A stretch of DNA of 35,944 nt from Octopus bimaculoides (Eukaryota): positions 29,748,215-29,784,158 of the forward strand of contig NC_068981.1 of the NCBI RefSeq assembly GCF_001194135.2, read 5' to 3'. The position numbers and the translations under genes are program-made. A model generated the notes under the pieces. That model made no database searches and was not told where the DNA came from. It worked only from the letters and a program-made list of their open reading frames with translations. Of this stretch, positions 22,890-34,472 are shown in pieces. The stretch's first letter is position 1. The number at the start of each line of letters is the position of its first letter.

Positions 22890-23517
22890 TGTATCCCTAT
22901 GCTTGTGTGTACGCTTTCAACGCATTCATCTTCACATGTTTTTATGAATATATCTATGCATAAATACATACATAGATATATCTGCCTACGTATATGTATT
23001 TTTGTGTGTACATGTTAAAGAAAGGTACACGAGAAGCATAAATATGTTTATATATGTGTATATATGCATATATATAAGCATGTGTCTGTGTGTCAGTATG
23101 TGTGAATGTGCACCTATGTAGGTCTACGTATAGGTACATATGCAATCGTATATGTAATCATTTATAAATGTATGCATGATATGTGTATGTGTTTATGTGC
23201 TTACATAAGAATGTATATTTTGTATGCACTTATAGATCTTCGTACATAGACTCCATGTTATGATTTCAACGACATAACAATGCCACCATGACAGATTTTC
23301 CTGGTTACCAGATAGAAAAAAAAAACCTATCAATAAATAATGAGGAAGGCATCGTAAACAACATCAATAAACAAAAGCTAGGACAATAATATATAACGTC
23401 ACCAAGAACGTCAACAAATGGGACCTGCATATTTAGCAGTGTCAGGAAAAATGTTTTCTTTACACACACATATGGACATTTATAAGTGTGTGTACATGTG
23501 CATATATGCGTGTGTAA

Positions 23518-23566
<49 letters not shown>

Positions 23567-23798
23567 GGGGGAGTATGTATATATGTATGTAAACACACAC
23601 ACTCAAACACACATATATATATATGTCATAAAATTTAACCTATACATATATATTGACATAGTCATGTGTGTATGCATGCATGTGTGTATATAACACACAA
23701 ACACACACATGCATACACACTCACATGCACGTATATATATATATGCTATAAATCTTATCCTATGCACATATATTGACATATATATATATTTGCATGTG

Positions 23799-23847
<49 letters not shown>

Positions 23848-24642
23848 NNNNNNNNNNNNNNNNNNNNNNNNNNNNNNNNNNNNNNNNNNNNNNNNNNNNN
23901 NNNNNNNNNNNNNNNNNNNNNNNNNNNNNNNNNNNNNNNNNNNNNNNNNNNNNNNNNNNNNNNNNNNNNNNNNNNNNNNNNNNNNNNNNNNNNNNNNNNN
24001 NNNNNNNNNNNNNNNNNNNNNNNNNNNNNNNNNNNNNNNNNNNNNNNNNNNATATACATACATACATATATATATACATATATATATTTACATATACATT
24101 GCCGCCAGTGTGTGATGGATAATAGGGTTTCGTATTGTTTTCACAACTAAACCAAAGAAGTTTTTTTGTTTTTTTTTTATGTCGTTGACGTTTTTGTTTA
24201 TTAAGTCCTTCAAGTTTATGTTTTTTTCACTGGAAAATATATTTACTTTGCATAAAAGTTCTTTTCTGGTTTGATATGACAGTAAACATAGCCTTCATAC
24301 CGAGTTTTCCTCCAAATACATTGCTTGCGATTTTCCATTGTTGTCCGGTATTTGCTCTGTGTATAAGGTGAATACAGCATACTGATATCACCTTCTATTA
24401 TTTCATGCAGATATACGCATAGTTTTACAATAATTTGGCATTTTTCGATACTCATATGGAGGATCTTCTACAAACGTGTATGAGTCCTACGTGAAGTATT
24501 CTGGAGTTACCTGTATAGTATACACGGTTAGATACGAAGGTATTGAAAATCTGGCACATAGTAATATACATGCTTGTACACGCTTGCATACGGCTGTACA
24601 CGCTTGCACACGCTTACACACAGTCACACACGCATTTTTTTT

Positions 24643-24826
24643 TACTCTTTTATTCTTTTATTTGTTTCATTCATTTGACTACGACCATGTTGGAGCACCG
24701 CCTTTAGTCGAACAAATCGATCCCAGGACTTATTGTCTGTAAGCCTAGTACTTATTCTACCGGTGTCTTTTCCCGAACTGCTAAGTTACGGGGACGTAAA
24801 CACACCAAAATCGGTTGTCAAGCGAT
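24643..24826 (-). mobile_element. SINE family A 3' half
   Basis: The reverse complement reads atcgcttgacaaccgattttggtgtgtttacgtccccgtaacttagcagttcggg...ctgggatcgatttgttcgactaaaggcggtgctccaacatgg...aaacaaataaaagaataaaagag. Confidence 0.92.
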
Positions 24827-25110
24827 ACATACAACCTACGCGGGGACGTTTATACATCCATATCCTTTAACAGTTATGTTTAATACTTTTTTCGCTGTAT
24901 TATGTATTTGTTTCTTTTTTGCATCTTTCATGTCTTATTATTGATCTTCTATGGGAATGAAGCTTATATCCTTTAATTTTCTGATTTTCTTTACACGAAC
25001 TGAGTAGATTCCCTTACGGAACTATTGTTGTTTTCACGAGCTATATCTAATTATCAGCCGAAGAGACACATCTATATCGACGGATGCACCTAAACCAGTC
25101 AAGTATTCCA

Positions 25111-25153
25111 CACCTGGGGAATCGCTGCTAGATGGGTCGAAACAACTGTAGTG
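25111..25153 (+). ncRNA. Degenerate minimal type I hammerhead-ribozyme-like motif
   Basis: cac|CTGGGGA|18 nt|GAAA C aact GTA|gtg. Helix I is cac/gtg. The core differs from CUGANGA at one position, and helix II is poorly formed. Confidence 0.4.
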
Positions 25154-25364
25154 AATAATAAAAATTCTCGTATCTTCCATCTTCTGTCTCTCATTACTCT
25201 TTTATACCTGTATGTATATACATTTATATATATACATACCTGTATGTATGCCTGTATGCATATATATTTATATAATTAATTAGAAAAACGGAGAAAAAAA
25301 GACTACAGGAGAAATAACAACGTGAAGTATTAATAAGACGCTCAGAGAAGGAAAAGAAAAATGG

Positions 25365-25402
25365 CTGTTTTACGTTTCGAGAAGGTTCTCCTTCGGAAAC
25401 AG
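25365..25402 (-). ncRNA. Degenerate minimal type I hammerhead-ribozyme-like motif
   Basis: The minus strand reads ctgttt|CCGAAG|gaga acct tctc|GAAA C GTA|aaacag. It has a perfect 6-bp helix I, a 4-bp helix II and a GUA cleavage triplet. The CUGANGA box is mutated (U4C, A9 lost or substituted). Confidence 0.6.
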
Positions 25403-25585
25403 AAAACATAGGCAAGTCAAAAAGAGAAGGAAGAAGGACGAAACAATCGCCAGCACTCCACGTGTAGTAGAACTGTGAACTTTTATCCTTCTTTTTTCTT
25501 CTCTTTCTTCATCTCCTTATTCCTTTATTATCTGCACTCCATATCGCCATTTCATTAATCTATACCCCTCTCATTTTCTCTATTT

Positions 25586-25641
25586 GTCACTGATGACAGA
25601 ATATCCCATACTCTGGGATATCCCAGAAACAACTGTAAGAC
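25586..25641 (+). ncRNA. Degenerate minimal type I hammerhead-ribozyme-like motif
   Basis: gtca|CTGATGA|29 nt containing the palindrome tgggatatccca|GAAA C aact GTA|agac. The core boxes are intact. Helix I is 3 bp with an A.A mismatch at the first pair, and the closing pair of helix II is disrupted. Confidence 0.55.
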
Positions 25642-25981
25642 TTTGAATTTTTTCCCATTAATAATAATGTATATGACTTAAGATGTTTCCCTTGCCTTAA
25701 CGTCTGTTGTCCTCATTAGCAATTATATATATNNNNNNNNNNNNNNNNNNNNNNNNNNNNNNNNNNNNNNNNNNNNNNNNNNNNNNNNNNNNNNNNNNNN
25801 NNNNNNNNNNNNNNNNNNNNNNNNNNNNNNNNNNNNNNNNNNNNNNNNNNNNNNNNNNNNNNNNNNNNNNNNNNNNNNNNNNNNTACATCTCTTTATTTC
25901 CCTCTCTGTCTCGCTTTCCCTTTCGATATGCACATATACATACATACATACATACATACATACATACATACAAACGTGTGC

Positions 25982-26026
<45 letters not shown>

Positions 26027-26028
<2 letters not shown>

Positions 26029-26306
26029 AGCAATTGCTCCCCCTCCCCCGTCCATTGGACGGTTTGTATAGGTGAAGAGGTTTAACTTGGACGGTGTTAT
26101 GGAAGTTTTAATCATCCGTTGGACAGGCCATAAGGATTACAAAAATAGTTATTCTTACTTTGAAACTGACAATTTTGAAAATCTTTTCAGATTACGGAAC
26201 GTCCCGCTCTCTCATGTATCCTTGTTTAAAATTTCAGCGCGATCGGATGAATAATACTTGAGTTATAAGCACACACAAAACAGACAGAACGGGATTTATA
26301 TATTAG
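26027..26306 (-). mobile_element. Short non-autonomous Helitron-like element
   Basis: The minus strand ends in CTAG|T (26027-26030, target base 26026). The hairpin ccgtcca-t-tggacgg (26048-26062) sits 17 nt from that CTAG. The 5' end (tttatatattag) is a degenerate version of the TC end seen in the second copy. Confidence 0.75.
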
Positions 26307-26314
26307 TTGAGCTA

Positions 26315-26375
26315 ATGAGGTAGACCTATACATGGTAGCCAAATCTCCCTCAAAACACCCTACTGTCTTATGTAT
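26315..26375 (-). repeat. Interspersed repeat fragment (family C)
   Basis: The reverse complement gtagggtgttttgagggagatttggct shares gagggagatttgg with 35410-35422 and resembles 4451-4480. Confidence 0.5.
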
Positions 26376-26618
26376 GTATATATGCGTATATTAACAGTTC
26401 CTTGGACTTTTGTATTTATGTTAGATAATCGTATTGAGCCCTCTACGTATAGAGAGAGGGAGACATAGAGAGAGGAGTGAAAGAAGACAGACAGCATAGC
26501 GATGGTTTTGGCTGACTGTCATCCCTGTACTCCCTTCGTTTCCAGCGAAATTATATGTGCCGGCTATCTGAGCAACTCGTTGCTGTTAATGAACAGCATG
26601 GTGAAAGAAACGGGACAA

Positions 26619-26804
26619 AAGGATTACAAAAATAGCGATTCTCACTTTGAGACTGACAATATTGAAAATCTTTTTAGATTACAGAACGCCCCGCTCTCTC
26701 ATGTAGCCATATTTAAAATTTCAGCGCGATCGGATTAACAATACTCGAGTTATAAGCGTACAAACAGACACACAGAGCGGGCTTTATATATATATATATA
26801 TAGA
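26619..26804 (-). mobile_element. Second, truncated copy of the Helitron-like element
   Basis: Highly similar to 26132-26300 (aaggattacaaaaatag...gaaaatctt...ctctctcatgta...aaatttcagcgcgatcggat...gagttataagc). The minus strand starts TC tatatata at 26804, and the hairpin/CTAG end is absent. Confidence 0.8.
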
Positions 26805-26809
26805 CGGCC

Positions 26810-26900
26810 AATTCTTTCATTTGGCTAAAGCAAATTGAAGGCGGTGCCCCAGCATAGCCGCAATTTAATGACTGAAGCAAGTAAAATGTAAATGATAAAA
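26810..26900 (+). mobile_element. SINE family A-related 3' tail
   Basis: gaaggcggtgccccagcatagccgcaatttaatgactgaagcaagtaaaa. Confidence 0.8.
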
Positions 26901-27010
26901 AGTATATATCCACGTTTGGTAAATAACTTGATTTCATATCTTGCACTCACTGAAAAAAATTACATCGTCCAAGAGCCATCGTGGCCATTTACGATATATA
27001 GAGGTATATA

Positions 27011-27125
27011 AGGCAGCGAGCTGGCAGAAACGTTAGCACGCCGGGCAAAATGCTTAGCCGTACCAGTTGCATACTGGGTCGATCTAATCGACTGGCCCGC
27101 TCCCCAAAAATCTCGGGCCTTCTGT
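27011..27125 (+). mobile_element. SINE family B with internal deletion removing the B box
   Basis: The head aaggcagcgagctggcagaaacgttagcacgccgggcaaaatgcttagcc is joined directly to gtaccagttgcatactgggtcgatctaatcgact. Confidence 0.85.
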
Positions 27126-27556
27126 CGAGAGGAGAAAAGGATATTTAGAGGTGCATAGAGATACATTTTTAAACAACCAAACAGAAGGCAACTAGATTTA
27201 TGCAAGTATGTGTGTGTATGTGAGTGTGTGTGTGAGCCTGTGTGTGAGTGTGTGNNNNNNNNNNNNNNNNNNNNNNNNNNNNNNNNNNNNNNNNNNNNNN
27301 NNNNNNNNNNNNNNNNNNNNNNNNNNNNNNNNNNNNNNNNNNNNNNNNNNNNNNNNNNNNNNNNNNNNNNNNNNNNNNNNNNNNNNNNNNNNNNNNNNNN
27401 NNNNNNNNNNNNNNNNNNNNNNNNNNNNNNNNNNNNNNNNNNNNNNNNNNNNNNNNNNNNNNNNNNNNNNNNNNNNNNNNNNNNNNNNNNNNNNNNNNNN
27501 NNNNNNNNNNNNNNNNNNNNNNNNNNNNNNNNNNNNNNNNNNNNNNNNNNNNNNNN

Positions 27557-27587
<31 letters not shown>

Positions 27588-28073
27588 CTACATTAACTTA
27601 TGTGTCTTTCCTTTTCTGCGAATGTACGGTGAAATTTCAGAGAGATTTCTGCTATTCCTGGATATAGATCGAATATCTAGCTTATAAGTAATATTACTCA
27701 TTTGTTATCAGAGTGTAAGCAAAATTTGCTCATCATTGTAATCCATTCGAGATCCTGAGGGCATCTACGGTTTTCACTATTGCGTGATCTCATTAGGCTT
27801 TAAAAATTAAAACAATTGTCGTAAAAACACTGCCAAATGCATATAGTTTTGTGTAGATTTGTATTGCATAGTGTACAGTGTAATGGAGAATTTTACTCTA
27901 GCGTATATACGTGCCTATATATGTGTGAAAACGCATATTAACGTACATGCAACACAAAGGAGCACACACATACATACATGCACAAACAAACACACAAGTA
28001 TACACAGATACACACGCGCACACACGCATACCCCCCACCCACAGGGAGAAACATATAGATGGTACGAAAAATA

Positions 28074-28076
28074 GAC

Positions 28077-28126
<50 letters not shown>

Positions 28127-28372
28127 GTTGGTAGTTAGATAGTTAGACAGATAGGTATGTATGTATGTATGTTTGTATGTATGTATGTATGCATGTATGT
28201 ATGTATGTATGTAGGTAGGTAGGTAGGTAGGTAGGTAGGTAGGTAGGTAGGCAGGCAGGCAGGTAGGTAGGTAGGTAGGTAGGTAGGTAGGTAGGTAGGT
28301 AGGTAGGTGCGTACGTAGGTAGGTACGTAGGTAGATAGGTAGACAGGCAAGTAGCTACGTAAGTAGATAGAC

Positions 28373-28405
<33 letters not shown>

Positions 28406-28457
28406 TAGATAGAAAATAGACAGACAGACAGACAGACAGACAGATAGATAGATAGAG

Positions 28458-28526
<69 letters not shown>
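28074..28526. repeat. Compound tetranucleotide array (TAGA/CAGA/TATG/TAGG/CAGG)n
   Basis: Direct reading. Confidence 0.97.
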
Positions 28527-28528
<2 letters not shown>

Positions 28529-29136
28529 CATTTTGAATCTACATAGATTTAGTTTTGAGGCAAAGGTTTTCCGAAAATATTGTAGCACTTTCGCTCAGCT
28601 TCTCAAATTGGCGAGTCAGTATTTAACTTGCAGGATCTTCATGTACTTGTACAAAACACGAATGCCTTTCTTATGCAGCGCATCCCTAATGCAGTTAAAT
28701 GAAAGTGTTCTAAGAATCGATGAACGAAAAGCGAGAGGGGAATTAAACACGTCCGCGAACAGCATCGTCCAATGAACATAAGCCTAGCCGTGCTATAATT
28801 GATAATAAAATAGTACATTTATAACCTGCGGTTATTGTGGAACTATCTGTGGCTTTGAAACATGTTTATTTCTAGCAAACATTCAATCTCAGAAGTATAA
28901 TAACGTAGCCATTTACCGTGTTCGTGCATTCTTATTCACATATCACATAAAACACGCTGCGTGTGTAACTATATGTGTTTATTAATACACTTCTATAGAC
29001 ATTTACTGAAGCATGTAGGATATGAGATTAGGAGTAAACATATTTAACTACGAGTTAGTTTGTATATGTATGAAGATGTCAACATGTATACCCACCATAG
29101 ACAATCCATTGTACTCTTTGTATATCATCTATACAA

Positions 29137-29174
<38 letters not shown>

Positions 29175-31419
29175 TATATATATATATATATATATGCGTT
29201 TATGTATATATATATATATATATATGTGTGTTTAAGTATATATATATATATATATATGTGTTTGTGTGTGCGTGTGTGTGTGTGTGCGTATGTATGTATA
29301 GATAGATAGATGCATACATACATACATACATATATACATACATACATACATAGATTGTGCATACATAGATACATACATAAATACACATACATGCACGCAT
29401 ACATAAAGAGACAGAGAGGCAGTGACAAAGAGAGATTGTCGGACTGTTTGTGGTGTGTGTGGGGGGGGGGCGTGTGTGTGTGCGCGCGCGCGTGTTTGTG
29501 TGTACCTATATGTATGCAAGCACTTAACTGTTAACATGAAGGAGAAAAATAAGTACTCAATACTGAAAGTAAAGTAACATACGTTTAATTGGAAGCTGCA
29601 TCCCGTTTCTGATCTTTAGAAAATGAAATATACGCTGTTCCATTTAAAAGACATATTGTAGAATTATTTCAATATCTATGAAAATTCTGTTTGGATAAAT
29701 TTGAAGCCAAAGCCTCTTATTGATTAACAATATAACAGTTGGATGCAAAGTACATGAAAGAATATAGAAGGACTATCTGATGGTTTAAGAAGAGAAAGAA
29801 AATTATAGCCGTTAAACGTTTCTAAAGATGTCTTATAATATTAGTAAAATGTAGACTAGGAAACGTGCGAAAGCGTGTATGAAGCACACTGTTAAATGTG
29901 TGAATATGAAGAAAAAGGCATGAAACGAAAAGAGAAAATGTAGCAAGTATAAATGAAAGAGTAGAGATCGTTTAGAATATTCTAAAGAGTGCACAATAGC
30001 TATAAGACGCACTACGAAAATAACTTGATAATATGAAATGATATAGTTATTAAGCTAATTTTTGTAGCAACTTTAAATATAGACTAATCAGTCTGGCAAA
30101 AATGTAATTATTAGCAAGCATAACCCAGACTAAGTTGCACAGTTATATTTAAGATAATAAGTACTTGAAATATTCATTCTGAATATGTTCAAGCGGATCT
30201 GAAATTAATTTATTAATCTCTGCTATATTTTGTCTTCGGAAGTACTTCCTTGCAGACGAGGTGTGTTCACAACAAAAACACAACAGTATTTTCATGTTCG
30301 AAAGTGACACAATATATTAAGAGAGAAATGTCACGTCATTCTTTTGATGCCAGCTGCTTTTGCATGCATGTGATAACAAAATCATTAGATTCCTTCATTT
30401 GTGGAAGGCCAAAATGTCACTAATAGTAAGGTTTAATAGGTTTACTGACAAACAAAACCGTACATATATATTCAGTTCAATATTATTGGTCGTTGATTTT
30501 CCTTACATAAATTTCTTTCTCTCAAAGCTTTAGCCTTTGCCATCACCATCACATCTATCAGAGAGCTTAATATCAAAATAATTACTTATGCAAGCGTTTT
30601 ATTTTCTTTCCTTGTTAAAAGAAAGCAGAGACGAATTGTTTGATATCTGCATCGATGAACACGGTGGAACCGATCTATGTGAAATATTAGAATTAGTATC
30701 TCTGTACAAATAGTTATTATTTCGCTGAGTGGCCTTTATATAGACGATGGACTTTTAATCTTGCGTAGTGTAAAGTGTCCAGACTCTAGACAGACTCAGA
30801 AAATTACTTAACAAAATAGGTTTAAGAATTGTTTCTTACTAATCTTACAGTTTATTCTTTAGATATTTAAATTTAGACACGAATAGATTATTTAAAAGCT
30901 AATGGAAAAGTATTTTATAAAGATCCTCATATCCCCAATCAAAAGACATATTCCTTTTACGAAATTTAATTTCTAGTATTAAAAAAATTATCTCTTCATT
31001 ATCCTCTCCTGAAATCACATTTATTAGCATTTCTTATTATTGTAGTGAAGTACCGCGAAAAAACGGCTTGTCAGATGATATTCAATGTGATACTCGACCC
31101 AATGTTCCAAAGTGTAAGAATAATACTCAAAATCGCCTTCAGTTTAAGTTCGACAACAGATGTCAAAGAATTCCTAAATTTCATTTCTTTTCACTTTCCG
31201 GTGTCATACGTTCTGTACCAAAGGCTCAGTTAAAGTTAGGTATTCTTGCTGTAAACATTTGGTATGCTCAGTTGACTATTTCATTTCAAAAAGACTCTCC
31301 AACAGCAATAATGCAGCCTCGCCTTCTACAATTGTCGCTTGAGCGGCAACTGTCTTTCGGAAGTTTATTGTACTGCGAGTCAATAGTACTCTGTTCAAAT
31401 CTTTCACCGCATTAAGAAC

Positions 31420-32266
31420 AAATTAAGAAACACTTTTACAAGTATATCTGTTTATTTGAGCATCCAGAAAACGACTTTTGACAAGTTTTTTGAACCACAT
31501 TTGGTTTTGAAAATGCTCTAATCCGACCGTGTTAAAAATTAAATCCCCAAGAGCAAAATATACTGGTAAACATTGTCCCTGTCGCTCAGTCTTGCGGTAT
31601 ACAAAAGGATAACCTTAATTGACTACTCGAAAACCATTTCCCAGAATACCACATTCCTAGATACTAGAAACATTGTGTATAAATAAACAGCTTCAAAACG
31701 AGGCAATACATTAACCATGCCAAGTTAAATTGGAATATAACAATCTCATTACGAGGCAAAGAGAAGGTAACCAAAGCAGCCCTGTACTCACAAGAAGAAT
31801 CTTTCACGCAACTCATTATCCTGTATACTCTGTTGCCTAGCTCTGACTCCATTTATAAATTCGTTGAACGTAAGCATCAGTGACTATAGATGCCATCAAC
31901 AAACTATAAACCATCTCTTCAATACGGATGACCGAAAAGTATTTACAAACGGTGATACCCAGCTGGAAAAGTTACTATGAATATTCAGAAATTCAGAAAA
32001 GATATAAAATAATGATGAATACGAGATTAGATAAATGTACGAAAACGATTATAAGAAAAGATAAATTATCTAAAATTCAGAATATTATATTAGATAGAGA
32101 CACTGAACTAAAAGAATTAGAGCAGACTTACCAATATTAAGTCGTAGAAATTTAGAATATTTTAAATACAATTGACACAAATGAGAAACGAAATTAGAAA
32201 AGACGTCTACAGAAGTCTCAGACTAATATTAAAGGGCTAATCCCAATGCTAAAAATAAGGTCAGAC
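31420..32266 (+). pseudogene. Decayed reverse transcriptase of an R4/Dong-type (RLE) non-LTR retrotransposon
   Basis: Manual translation over several frameshifts gives PQEQ, IDYSK..IPHS*ILETL, IFH..SLS.ILCCLALTP (degraded IFQGDSLSPLLFCLALTP) and INHLFNTDDRKVFTNGDTQLEKLL (degraded HLxYMDDLKL; NTDD at 31921-31932). It continues LDKCTKTIIRKDKL..ILDRDTELKELEQTYQY and IRKDVYRSLRLILK..NAKNKV. The left boundary is approximate. Confidence 0.85.
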
Positions 32267-32728
32267 ATATATATATATATATATATATATANNNNNNNNN
32301 NNNNNNNNNNNNNNNNNNNNNNNNNNNNNNNNNNNNNNNNNNNNNNNNNNNNNNNNNNNNNNNNNNNNNNNNNNNNNNNNNNNNNNNNNNNNNNNNNNNN
32401 NNNNNNNNNNNNNNNNNNNNNNNNNNNNNNNNNNNNNNNNNNNNNNNNNNNNNNNNNNNNNNNNNNNNNNNNNNNNNNNNNNNNNNNNNNNNNNNNNNNN
32501 NNNNNNNNNNNNNNNNNNNNNNNNNNNNNNNNNNNNNNNNNNNNNNNNNNNNNNNNNNNNNNNNNNNNNNNNNNNNNNNNNNNNNNNNNNNNNNNNNNNN
32601 NNNNNNNNNNNNNNNNNNNNNNNNNNNNNNNNNNNNNNNNNNNNNNNNNNNNNNNNNNNNNNNNNNNNNNNNNNNNNNNNNNNNNNNNNNNNNNNNNNNN
32701 NNNNNNNNNNNNNNNNNNNNNNNNNNNN

Positions 32729-32820
32729 TGAGTACCAGTTGGACACTGGGGTCAATGTAATTGACGTACGCTTCCTCTGAAATTGCTGGCCTTGTGCCAG
32801 AATTTGAAATCAATATTAAG
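32729..32820 (+). mobile_element. SINE family B 3' half emerging from a gap
   Basis: agtaccagttggacactggggtcaatgtaattgac...gaaattgctggccttgtgccagaatttgaaatcaatatt. Confidence 0.88.
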
Positions 32821-32901
32821 AGTAGAGTCAAATTTAGTGTAAATTTCGTATTCTCTTTACGGCTAGTCATGCCGAGTGAGCAGTGTGTGTGTGTGTGTGT
32901 G

Positions 32902-33310
32902 TCATTATTCAGTTTCATTTCAAGATTTCTTACCAATAGAGAAAGAGCCGGTTTCTAACCTAGATCCAAGGTTCCTTCATTGGAATTTCAACATCAACAA
33001 CAGGGTACTTTTATTTATTTGTATGCAAGTATATGTGCATATATGTATGTTTTGCTTTATGTATATATTCTCACGCATATAGTTGTATATCTAGACATGC
33101 TCATATATGTTGAAATGATAAACTTCTGGTAATTTTTACAGATTTTTACAGTTCCAGTGATGGTTTAGATTTGTAGTCTTCGAGTTAGTTTTCTCCTTTC
33201 TGGTTTTGAGAAGCCAAAGGCAGTGTGTTACGTATCCCAGGGCCCCAATAATTACAGGTATAATTACAGGTATGTATGTCTCTTCACTTTTATAATTATT
33301 ATAAATTTTC
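32902..33310 (-). pseudogene. 3' end of an R4/Dong-type LINE: restriction-like endonuclease C-terminus plus 3'UTR
   Basis: The minus strand gives YK...IPVIIPVIIGALGYVTHCL / GFSKPERRKLTRRLQI*TITGTVKICKNYQKFII, the IPVxIGALG...GT-type terminus of RLE elements. About 200 nt of putative 3'UTR follow, ending aaactgaataat at a (CA)n tract. Confidence 0.75.
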
Positions 33311-33740
33311 CACTGAGGAGGGATGTATGTATGCATGTGTGCGTGTGTGTGTATGTGTCCATATATCTTTGCATGTATACATGTGTGTGTGTCTGTTTTT
33401 ATATATGAATGTAAGTGTGTATGCATGTGTTCATGCATGCATATATTCACGTATGTTCTTCGAGGTTTATGCAAGCTTTCCCTGCACGGATTTTCAAGCA
33501 GGTCACTAACAAAGTGACAAAGTTAACTATTTGTCTCCAGAAGGTTCCTTAGATTTCTGAATACGTGAATGAGTTAGTGAGTGCATTTCTGCTGGAATAT
33601 GCATTAGTAACATTGCACTCATTTAATGGCTGTGAAAGTCCTATCAGTACACAACTGCGTTTCATTATGCCTGCATGTACGCAAGTATAATATTTATTTG
33701 CATGCATGCATATATGTATTTGTGTTTGTATGTGTATATA

Positions 33741-33775
<35 letters not shown>

Positions 33776-34441
33776 NNNNNNNNNNNNNNNNNNNNNNNNN
33801 NNNNNNNNNNNNNNNNNNNNNNNNNNNNNNNNNNNNNNNNNNNNNNNNNNNNNNNNNNNNNNNNNNNNNNNNNNNNNNNNNNNNNNNNNNNNNNNNNNNN
33901 NNNNNNNNNNNNNNNNNNNNNNNNNNNNNNNNNNNNNNNNNNNNNNNNNNNNNNNNNNNNNNNNNNNNNNNNNNNNNNNNNNNNNNNNNNNNNNNNNNNN
34001 NNNNNNNNNNNNNNNNNNNNNNNNNNNNNNNNNNNNNNNNNNNNNNNNNNNNNNNNNNNNNNNNNNNNNNNNNNNNNNNNNNNNNNNNNNNNNNNNNNNN
34101 NNNNNNNNNNNNNNNNNNNNNNNNNNNNNNNNNNNNNNNNNNNNNNNNNNNNNNNNNNNNNNNNNNNNNNNNNNNNNNNNNNNNNNNNNNNNNNNNNNNN
34201 NNNNNNNNNNNNNNNNNNNNNNNNNNNNNNNNNNNNNNNNNNNNNNNNNNNNNNNNNNNNNNNNNNNNNNNNNNNNNNNNNNNNNNNNNNNNNNNNNNNN
34301 NNNNNNNNNNNNNNNNNNNNNNNNNNNNNNNNNNNNNNNNNNNNNNNNNNNNNNNNNNNNNNNNNNNNNNNNNNNNNNNNNNNNNNNNNNNNNNNNNNNN
34401 NNNNNNNNNNNNNNNNNNNNNNNNNNNNNNNNNNNNNNNNN

Positions 34442-34472
<31 letters not shown>

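Noticed and set aside
23277-23292. 16-mer aacaatgccaccatga (contains GCCACCATG), also present on the minus strand near 34843-34858
   Set aside because: The flanks are unrelated, no credible ORF follows, and about one 16-mer match is expected by chance in a 36-kb AT-rich window.
23305-23440. Hydrophobic minus-strand peptide VPFVDVLGDVIYYCPSFCLLMLFTMPSSLFIDRFFFSIW
   Set aside because: No recognisable family motif and no convincing splice signals. Hydrophobic translations are expected from T-rich DNA.
28590-28790. Non-repetitive segment with short ORFs on both strands (80 aa +, about 55 aa -)
   Set aside because: No recognisable domain and no paired splice sites. The lengths are within chance expectation.
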